The translations under genes were made by a program, and so were the position numbers. A stretch of DNA of 54,156 nucleotides, taken from the IMG/VR virus record IMGVR_UViG_3300025608_000549, positions 1-54,156 of that record, one strand, 5' to 3'. This stretch comes from a virus (Duplodnaviria; Caudoviricetes). Every line of letters starts with the position of its first letter. Position 1 is the stretch's first letter. Shown here piece after piece: positions 9,156 through 16,338 of this stretch. The notes beneath the pieces are model-generated. The model worked only from the letters and a program-made list of their open reading frames with translations. It did not search any database and was not told the DNA's origin.

Positions 9156-10379
9156 ATGCGCGACATTCTTGACAGGCTCAAGCAAATTGAAGAATCACAA
9201 ACAGAACCGTCAGGCCCACAAGTAGGCGACGAGTTCGGTCTTAGTTTTTCAGAAGATTTAGAAATTTCAACTACAATCACAGACGTCCTAGAGGACGGAA
9301 TCGTTGTCGATGTAGACGACGAAGCACTAGCACACATTCAAGAGAATGGTGCTTTTTTATATGATGGCGAAGTCTTTGAAGAAGAACTTGACGAAGGCGA
9401 GCAACACGGAAACAGCAAAATTTATGACAAGTGTCGTAAAGGTTGGCGCAAAAAGCCTGGCGCAACACGTGGTTCAAAAGGTAGTTGTATCCCAGAAGAT
9501 ATTGAAGAAGCAACCGTCGATCTCGATAAAAAGCGCGACTCGGAAAAGAAATGGATTGATGTCGCAAGACTTATGGCTGACGCCACAGGAAAAATTAGTT
9601 TTAAAACAGATGCCGGTATTGAACTTTCAAACGATGTAGAAAAACTTGCTAATGCTATTGTTAGTGTTGCTCCAGAAGAAACCCCTGCTATTGGAAGCAA
9701 AACATACAATATGATTAAAAACTTTGTTGCTAAAGCAGACATGAAAAGTGATCCGAAAGAAATTATGAGCTTTGTTGACGATGCTGTTAAAGCATGGGAA
9801 GGCGGCGCTGAGTGGGATCGTAGTAAAGTTAAAGATCCTAATCCAGAGATGGAAAGAGAAGATATCAATGTTGATGAAGCAAATGAAAGTCCAGAAGAAA
9901 GATTAAAAGCATTAGACGACTTGTATAAAAATACAATGGATACCATTAAGCGTACAGAGAATATTATGTATATGACTCCTCCAGGTCCCAATCGTGATTA
10001 CTACGAGATGGAAATTGATCAAATGCAAAAACACGCTGCAAAAATCAAAAAAGACTATCAAGCACTTGAAGCAGGAATGAAAGGTGCTGATAATATCAGA
10101 GCACAAGTAAGTTCAGCAAGAGCAGAAAGCGTTGAAGAAGCAGAATATCAAGGACGCAAAGTAAGCCTTGGCAAGCCTACAAGAGGCGACGTTAAGAAGT
10201 TTAAAGTATATGTACGTGATCCAAAGACAGGTAATGTTAAAAAAGTAAACTTTGGTGATCCTAACATGAAGATTAAAAAATCTAATCCTGCTAGACGCAA
10301 GAGTTTCCGTGCCAGACACAACTGCGCTAATCCAGGTCCACGCACTAAAGCACGTTACTGGTCATGCCGTAAGTGGTAA
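9156..10379 (+). CDS. Modular putative internal head protein; C-terminal basic Cys/His/Trp module resembling DUF6321
   Basis: Acidic modules separated by xxE sites; C-terminal ...RRKSFRARHNC...ARYWSCRKW. Confidence 0.65.
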   Translation: MRDILDRLKQIEESQTEPSGPQVGDEFGLSFSEDLEISTTITDVLEDGIVVDVDDEALAHIQENGAFLYDGEVFEEELDEGEQHGNSKIYDKCRKGWRKKPGATRGSKGSCIPEDIEEATVDLDKKRDSEKKWIDVARLMADATGKISFKTDAGIELSNDVEKLANAIVSVAPEETPAIGSKTYNMIKNFVAKADMKSDPKEIMSFVDDAVKAWEGGAEWDRSKVKDPNPEMEREDINVDEANESPEERLKALDDLYKNTMDTIKRTENIMYMTPPGPNRDYYEMEIDQMQKHAAKIKKDYQALEAGMKGADNIRAQVSSARAESVEEAEYQGRKVSLGKPTRGDVKKFKVYVRDPKTGNVKKVNFGDPNMKIKKSNPARRKSFRARHNCANPGPRTKARYWSCRKW

Positions 10380-10389
10380 GGAGTTTAGT

Positions 10390-10734
10390 ATGAGATTAAT
10401 GGAATTATTTTCAAGACCCGATAACGAAGATCCTAGATTAAATCCAGATATTAATTATCTAGACGATCTAAAGTTTTATATTGATAACGACAATGATATC
10501 GTGTCTAATGTATTATTTCCTGCTATTAAAAAACACAGACAGAATCCCGATGACGAAACTTCTTATAAATTTTATGTAAAGCCATTGAAACAATGTGCTG
10601 AACATTATGCTGACAAATATGAATTGTCAGATATTAAAGATGATATTTTTAGTAATGAAAGTATTTTAGAATTAGCAAAAAGGATCGCTGAAGAGCAATT
10701 AGCACATATCAAAAGCAAGGACTACAACGGATGA
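10390..10734 (+). CDS. Hypothetical protein (start revised to MRLMELF)
   Basis: SD AAGGAG before ATG 10390; removes overlap with upstream gene. Confidence 0.75.
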   Translation: MRLMELFSRPDNEDPRLNPDINYLDDLKFYIDNDNDIVSNVLFPAIKKHRQNPDDETSYKFYVKPLKQCAEHYADKYELSDIKDDIFSNESILELAKRIAEEQLAHIKSKDYNG

Positions 10735-12131
10735 GATTATTTGACCTTTTTGAGGATAAATTAAAAACTGCAGTAATTGGTTTTGGAAGATTAAATCCTC
10801 CAACAACAGGTCACGGTGTGCTGGTCGATGCTATCAATGCTAAAGCAAAACAATATGGGGGAGATCCTATATTGTTTTTAACAATGACCCATACACCTTT
10901 TCTAACTGATAAAACACAAAAACTTAGACCTTGGGACAAAATCAAAAATCCACTACAATGGAAACAGAAACTATCATACGCACAAAAGTTTTTTGATATT
11001 CCTATTAGTACAGATCCTAGCCTAAACACTATTATGGCTGTTATGAAAAGTTTAGAAACCAAGGGCTATGAGAAGGTAGTTCTTGTTTGTGGTTCGGACA
11101 GAGTACAAGAATTTGAAAGTCAAGTTCTTCCTTTTAATAATACGCCTGACAAAGCAGGACATATTAACTTTAACATCCAAGAAGTTAGTGTTGAAGAAGG
11201 TGGATTTAGAGACGAAGAAGCAGACGATGCTAGTGGCATGAGCGCAAGTAAAATGCGTGAAGCGGCAGCAAATAATGATTTTGAAACTTTTAAAAAGGGT
11301 GTACCTGTAGAAAGTTTAGCAAAACCAATGTTTGATGATGTACGTCAAGCACTTGGCTTAAATCATCAATCAAATAAAAGCGAAGCAACATTGGTGAAGC
11401 CAATGGGTGGTGCTTCGATTAAACCAAGAGATCCTAATTGGCGTGATATGGAAGCACTTCGCAGAAGTAATGCCGCAGGTTCTCACAAGGATAAAAAGAG
11501 AGATCAAAACACTGGTTATCAAAAACACAAGGGCCAGAAATACGATATGAATTCAATTGCTGAAGGTTATCTCGATATAGAAGTAATGGGCCACAAATAC
11601 ATGCCCGACGAAGATCGAGAAGATGACAATGTAAAGATTTGGCACACTATTGTGACTCCCCAAGGTAAGACCATAGACGCAGACTTTACTCCATACGCAT
11701 ATATGGACAAAGAAGATCTTGAATTATATATTAAATTAAATTATCCTAAGCGTATTACAGCAGGTCCGTTAGACAAAAATGACTTGCATAAATTAGCACA
11801 AATTAAAGGAGTTGCTGATTTGGATCCTAAAATGGCAAACGCAGGTAAAAACGAAGCATACGATGACTTTGACTGGGGTAGTGCTTCTAAAAGAGAATTT
11901 AAACGTAAAGAACTAGAATACGAGCTCGGACACGAAGATGAGATTATGAAAAGAGACCAACAGGGTCCTTGGTATATTAAAATTGACGGTAAAATTTATA
12001 AGCAAAAAGGTGAGCCTAAAGTATTCAGTGTAAAGAAAGGTGCTAACAACTACGCACTTGCTATTATTAAAAACAAACCACAACTTCAAGGCAAGATTCT
12101 TTTAACTAGAAAACCAGTAGATGATCAATAA
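10731..12131 (+). CDS. Cytidyltransferase-like (HIGH-superfamily) nucleotidyltransferase with extra C-terminal modules
   Basis: FGRLNPPTTGH, NPL, GSDRV and MSASKMR motifs typical of T4-like phage cytidyltransferase. Confidence 0.8.
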   Translation: MRLFDLFEDKLKTAVIGFGRLNPPTTGHGVLVDAINAKAKQYGGDPILFLTMTHTPFLTDKTQKLRPWDKIKNPLQWKQKLSYAQKFFDIPISTDPSLNTIMAVMKSLETKGYEKVVLVCGSDRVQEFESQVLPFNNTPDKAGHINFNIQEVSVEEGGFRDEEADDASGMSASKMREAAANNDFETFKKGVPVESLAKPMFDDVRQALGLNHQSNKSEATLVKPMGGASIKPRDPNWRDMEALRRSNAAGSHKDKKRDQNTGYQKHKGQKYDMNSIAEGYLDIEVMGHKYMPDEDREDDNVKIWHTIVTPQGKTIDADFTPYAYMDKEDLELYIKLNYPKRITAGPLDKNDLHKLAQIKGVADLDPKMANAGKNEAYDDFDWGSASKREFKRKELEYELGHEDEIMKRDQQGPWYIKIDGKIYKQKGEPKVFSVKKGANNYALAIIKNKPQLQGKILLTRKPVDDQ

Positions 12132-12343
12132 TGGATTTAGATAGACTAAAGACACTAGCGGGTATTAACGAATTTAAGGGCTATCAACCATACGAAGGTT
12201 CTAATATCAGTGTCACAGGTACTGAAAAAAAAGAAATTGAAAGAGAAAGAAAAATCAAGCCGGGTGATAAAGAATGGTTTGAGCTTTGGTTTAGCAGACC
12301 TTATTGGTTAGGAATGCCAGCAAAGTTTAGAGGTAGAAAATGA
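12131..12343 (+). CDS. Small hypothetical protein, putative head cargo
   Basis: 70 aa; LDRLKTLAGINE leader; coupled. Confidence 0.7.
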   Translation: MDLDRLKTLAGINEFKGYQPYEGSNISVTGTEKKEIERERKIKPGDKEWFELWFSRPYWLGMPAKFRGRK

Positions 12344-13455
12344 GAGCAAGTGAATTAGAGCTACCAAAAGGTGTAAAAGTTTATCTAGACATGGATGGTG
12401 TTCTAGCAAACTTCTTTGAGGAGTATGCTAAACTTGCCGGAGCAAAGAGCTACAGAGATGTACCTCCTGCTAAAGTTGATCCTACACTTGATAAAATGGT
12501 TGGTACTGATTTTTTTGCTAGACTTCCTAAATTTCCTGTAACAGATAAAATTGTAGATCTTGCTGTACAAGCCGCAGGTAGTTACGGTATTATCTCTAGT
12601 CCACTTAGAAACGATTTTGCCAATTCAGAAAAGCACAAAAGAGAGTGGATTAAAAAACATTTAAATCCTCAACCCACAGAAATTTTTATTACACCAAATA
12701 AAGAAAAACATGCGGTAAACGCAGACGGTACACCTAATGTATTGATCGACGACAGAGGAGCGAATATAACAGCATGGGAAAAAGCAGGAGGCATCGGAGT
12801 CAAGTTTCAAGCAGACGAAGATTCATTAAAAGTCATTCTGGATGGCCTAAATCGTGCCAGACGAATTGGCTCGGGGGAAGAGAAACATCAACCACAGAAT
12901 CTCAAGAGCAGAGACTTGGGCAAGATGATAGCAACCAAGGATGACGAAGTTGAAGAAGGACGCAAAAAGAAAAAACGTAAGTTGCGTTACGGATACCCGG
13001 TCGGAGGATTTGTAGGATCTATCGGAGGCTCCGGAGGCGACATGGGTGGCGATGGCGGTGGAGAAAGTATTCAACGTGAAGGTGAGCTTGTTGTTCCTAC
13101 TAGCTCAGTCAAAGGTATTGTAGTTGATCTAATCGCTGATAAAATACAACAAACAAACGATTACGAACAAATTTCGCAATGGTTGAAATTTATCGTAGGC
13201 AAGACTCTAAAGCCTAGAGGAAAAATGCGTTATACTATTACATCAGAAGATATATTAGAAGCATTGTCAGTTATTAAAGAAAACTTTGCTGACGGTAAAG
13301 TAAAAGGCAAAAGCAGACCAGGGCGTGTAAAGCGTTCAGGTGCTAGTTGTAACGGTAGCGTGACAGATTTACGCAAACGTGCTAAGAACAGCTCAGGCGA
13401 AAAGGCCAAAATGTATCACTGGTGTGCTAATATGAAATCAGGTAGAAAGAAATGA
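12340..13455 (+). CDS. HAD-family 5'(3')-deoxyribonucleotidase-like domain with C-terminal modules
   Basis: YLDMDGVLANF motif I, ISSP, K, LIDD motif IV; Gly-rich linker; basic C-terminal module. Confidence 0.8.
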   Translation: MRASELELPKGVKVYLDMDGVLANFFEEYAKLAGAKSYRDVPPAKVDPTLDKMVGTDFFARLPKFPVTDKIVDLAVQAAGSYGIISSPLRNDFANSEKHKREWIKKHLNPQPTEIFITPNKEKHAVNADGTPNVLIDDRGANITAWEKAGGIGVKFQADEDSLKVILDGLNRARRIGSGEEKHQPQNLKSRDLGKMIATKDDEVEEGRKKKKRKLRYGYPVGGFVGSIGGSGGDMGGDGGGESIQREGELVVPTSSVKGIVVDLIADKIQQTNDYEQISQWLKFIVGKTLKPRGKMRYTITSEDILEALSVIKENFADGKVKGKSRPGRVKRSGASCNGSVTDLRKRAKNSSGEKAKMYHWCANMKSGRKK

Positions 13456-13652
13456 AAATTAGAGACATTGTAACAGAAAAGGCGGCCAGCAAAAAACAAC
13501 AACAATTCTTTGGTATCGTTAGAGCAATGCAGAAAGGCGATATGAAAAAGAGCGGAGAAGCGGGTAAAGTGGCCAAGGACATGAAAAAGTCAGATGTAAA
13601 AGACTTTGCCGCTACAAAGCACAAGGGTTTACCAAAGAAGAAAAAGAAATGA
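13452..13652 (+). CDS. Small basic protein, DUF3008-like
   Basis: MKIRDIVTE leader then ASKKQQ...DFAATKHKGLP. Confidence 0.65.
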   Translation: MKIRDIVTEKAASKKQQQFFGIVRAMQKGDMKKSGEAGKVAKDMKKSDVKDFAATKHKGLPKKKKK

Positions 13653-13891
13653 GAATAGCAGAAGTTGTAACAGAGAAATGGAGCAATAAATACAAACGCT
13701 CAATTAACTGTAGTAATCCTAAGGGGTTTTCGCAGAAAGCGCATTGTGCTGGACGGAAGAAAAACGAGGATGCCGCAGGTGTTGGTATTGTAACCAAGCA
13801 AAACGCTACCGCTGATGTTCCTGTGGGCGGCGAATACATGAACGTTAAAAAGTTATTTTCAAACAAAAAGCGCAAGTCTAAAAAGAAATAA
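13649..13891 (+). CDS. Small basic protein
   Basis: MRIAEVVTE leader; C..PKGFSQKAHC module; ATGA coupling. Confidence 0.7.
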   Translation: MRIAEVVTEKWSNKYKRSINCSNPKGFSQKAHCAGRKKNEDAAGVGIVTKQNATADVPVGGEYMNVKKLFSNKKRKSKKK

Positions 13892-13898
13892 ATACATT

Positions 13899-14084
13899 AT
13901 GAAGTACCAAGAGCTAATAAAAGGTTTTAAACTATGGAAGGTTGGCATAAAAGTTAATATGCCTTCTTACAGCCAAGTTATTGATACTACTGTAGTAGCA
14001 AAGAACAGAGAAATGGCACGTAGACTTGTATTAGCACAGTATGGTAAAAAGAGTGTTATTAGAACCGTTACGGAAATAAAATGA
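13899..14084 (+). CDS. Small hypothetical protein
   Basis: 61 aa; TAAATA (13889-13894) 4 nt upstream. Confidence 0.65.
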   Translation: MKYQELIKGFKLWKVGIKVNMPSYSQVIDTTVVAKNREMARRLVLAQYGKKSVIRTVTEIK

Positions 14085-14323
14085 AGATTAGAGATATTAT
14101 AGTAGAATATGCTTCAGCAACCGCTACTGCTACTCCAGCAGTTAGCTCAGGTACACCTGTTGCTAAACACAGTAAAGACAAGTCTTATACTGGTTCGCCC
14201 GGAAAAAGTGGTACAAGAGCACCAAAAACACAAAAGCCTAAATTTCACAAGGGTAAGGTTGCTCCAAACGCACTAGACGGTGACGAATTGATGGCTGGCC
14301 AGGGTGTGCTTAAAAGAGGCTAA
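14081..14323 (+). CDS. Small basic low-complexity protein
   Basis: MKIRDIIVE leader; ATGA coupling. Confidence 0.7.
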   Translation: MKIRDIIVEYASATATATPAVSSGTPVAKHSKDKSYTGSPGKSGTRAPKTQKPKFHKGKVAPNALDGDELMAGQGVLKRG

Positions 14324-14340
14324 CAAAGATAAATAGTTAT

Positions 14341-14688
14341 ATGGAGAAAAAAGTGTCAATTATTAACGAAGCAGATGATGTGAAGCCGGATCATGAAGCT
14401 GATATGGCTAGAAGCGAGCTATATAGAGCCGCTGAATACGCAACAAAACTATTCAAAATGATTGAATCTGGTGACGAGCTACAAGGTTGGACTCAGGCTA
14501 AGATTACTAAAGCAAGCGATTATCTTGCTAGTGTATATCATTACATGAAGTATGAGTCAAAGTTCGGCGATACAGACACTACAGCAGAACTTCCTGACGA
14601 GGATGAAACAGAATCATACAATGAATCTGTACAAAAAGAACTAACACAAAGCCTACAAGAGCAGTGGCTTAAACGCAAACAAGGATAA
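14341..14688 (+). CDS. Hypothetical phage protein
   Basis: 115 aa; GATAAATA (14328-14335) upstream; helical core MARSELY...WTQAKITKASDYL. Confidence 0.75.
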   Translation: MEKKVSIINEADDVKPDHEADMARSELYRAAEYATKLFKMIESGDELQGWTQAKITKASDYLASVYHYMKYESKFGDTDTTAELPDEDETESYNESVQKELTQSLQEQWLKRKQG

Positions 14689-14692
14689 AACA

Positions 14693-15604
14693 ATGGACTT
14701 TAACGCAATCGTAAAAAAATTAAGAGATATTGAGCCTACGGACATCGCTAATCCCGATGCTGAAGCTCCTAAAGCAGACACAAAAGCACCAGTAATGCTT
14801 AGTGAAGCGGCACAACTACGTATCAAAGCAGGTATTTCAACAGTGCTTGCTGAATCACAAAAAGTTGATGAAGCAAAAGCAGGTTACTGCTCAGACAAGT
14901 GTTGCGGTTCTGATGTAAAAGCAGAAGATTGCACTTGCGGCCCTGGTTGCTCTCACTGTGATTGTAACAAGGTACAAGAGTCTGTTGAAACTGTAGAAGA
15001 GTCCAAAGTTAAAGAAGTTGAAGGCAAATTTGTTAACAAAGGTGCCAAACTAGAAAAAGTTAAAGTTAAAAACGAATCAGAAGAAAAAGCAAAAACTTTT
15101 GATGAAGAAATTGAAAATATCCTTGAATCTGTTAAGTCCAAACTTGTTAAAGAAGCCAAGAAGAAAATGCCTGATTATCCAGATGTTGACGGTGACGGCA
15201 ATAAAGAAGAGCCAATTGAAAAAGCTCAAAAAGATAAAAAAGCAAAAGGCGGAGACAAGAAAAAGCCTGCTTCAAAAGGACTTTCAGCAAAACAAAAGAA
15301 ACTTCCAGCAGGCTTACAAAAAGCCATTGCTAACAAGAAAGGTGCTAAAACTGAATCAGTTGTTGCTACTAAGAAGCAAGCAGTTGCTGAATCAATGAAG
15401 TTCTTAGATGCTATCAAGATTGTAAAAGAAAGTAACGGCGAAATGAAAATTGATGCTGTTGATACAATCCTTTGGAATTGGGCAAAGCGTGTCGCAAGCT
15501 CAAAAGTTTCCGAAGGTGGTCTAAAAGCAGAAGCAGTTGCCGCTAAGATTTACGAATCACGTGGCGGTATTTGGGACGTATCCAAAAAAATTATTTCAGA
15601 ATAA
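14693..15604 (+). CDS. Lys/Glu-rich putative prohead core/internal protein
   Basis: Many (V/L/I)xE sites; Cys cluster; DVDGDGNKEE loop. Confidence 0.65.
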   Translation: MDFNAIVKKLRDIEPTDIANPDAEAPKADTKAPVMLSEAAQLRIKAGISTVLAESQKVDEAKAGYCSDKCCGSDVKAEDCTCGPGCSHCDCNKVQESVETVEESKVKEVEGKFVNKGAKLEKVKVKNESEEKAKTFDEEIENILESVKSKLVKEAKKKMPDYPDVDGDGNKEEPIEKAQKDKKAKGGDKKKPASKGLSAKQKKLPAGLQKAIANKKGAKTESVVATKKQAVAESMKFLDAIKIVKESNGEMKIDAVDTILWNWAKRVASSKVSEGGLKAEAVAAKIYESRGGIWDVSKKIISE

Positions 15605-15624
15605 TATATTCTAAAACGGTAAAG

Positions 15625-15657
15625 AAAGACAGTCTTTTTACTTGACTGTCTTTTTTT
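15625..15657 (+). terminator. Rho-independent terminator
   Basis: Stem AAAGACAGTC/GACTGTCTTT running into a T-tract. Confidence 0.8.
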
Positions 15658-15670
15658 ATGGCTATATAAT
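15642..15670 (+). promoter_or_regulatory. Sigma70-type promoter TTGACT-N17-TATAAT
   Basis: Near-consensus with 17-bp spacer; SD AGGAG downstream. Confidence 0.8.
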
Positions 15671-15696
15671 AAACACATTAACTAGGAGATTAATTT

Positions 15697-15966
15697 ATGG
15701 CACGATCACATTACGGTCCGGAAGAAAAAGCTAAACTTGAACGTTTGATTAAAGAAGGATCAACAGTTCTTCGAGAAGTTGAGGATCTACAGGCAGGATT
15801 AAAAGACACAGTAAAGGCAGTAGCAGAAGAATTGGAAATTAAGCCAGCAGTAATTAACAAAGCAATCAAAATTGCTCACAAAGACGAATGGGCAAAACAT
15901 GAAGACGAATGGGAAGAAATTGAAGGAATTCTTGGTATCACTAACAACCTTCCATCGAAAGACTAA
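15697..15966 (+). CDS. dsDNA-binding protein, T4 DsbA/GapR-like
   Basis: 89 aa helical; LKDTVKAVAEELEIKPAVINKAIKIAHK pattern; next to polymerase. Confidence 0.65.
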   Translation: MARSHYGPEEKAKLERLIKEGSTVLREVEDLQAGLKDTVKAVAEELEIKPAVINKAIKIAHKDEWAKHEDEWEEIEGILGITNNLPSKD

Positions 15967-15969
15967 TTC

Positions 15970-16254
15970 ATGAAACAAAAAGTAATAGATTTTTGGATCA
16001 ATAGTTACGAATCCGATAAAACAGCATTTGTATTAGAACTAATAAGTTTTATTTTTACAGTAGGTGCTAGTCTTACACTAGCTATCAATGCTAAAAATCC
16101 AAATATGCTTGTTGTATATCCTGGGTTTTTTGTCGGCAGTATTACACAAGCATACGCAAGCTATCGCAGAGGTGCGGCGTGGGTTATGTTGTTAACAACA
16201 TACTTTGCCTGTGTAAACGTATTCGGTTTCGGGGTTGCCGCAAGTTGGTGGTAA
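15970..16254 (+). CDS. Small membrane protein (about 3 TM)
   Basis: Three hydrophobic segments in 94 aa. Confidence 0.7.
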   Translation: MKQKVIDFWINSYESDKTAFVLELISFIFTVGASLTLAINAKNPNMLVVYPGFFVGSITQAYASYRRGAAWVMLLTTYFACVNVFGFGVAASWW

Positions 16255-16260
16255 TAAATA
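16254..16260 (+). promoter_or_regulatory. Late promoter ATAAATA upstream of DNA polymerase
   Basis: Motif match immediately after the upstream stop. Confidence 0.55.
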
Positions 16261-16276
16261 GAAGTGAGAAAGGCAA

Positions 16277-16324
16277 GATCAGCCATAAGTGATCGAATTG
16301 GTTATACCAGCCGAAATTGGTATG
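16277..16324 (+). promoter_or_regulatory. Tandem stem-loops in polymerase leader (candidate translational operator)
   Basis: GATCA-GCCATAAG-TGATC and ATACCA-GCCGAAAT-TGGTAT directly before SD AAGGAG. Confidence 0.6.
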
Positions 16325-16338
16325 TATAAGGAGATGAA

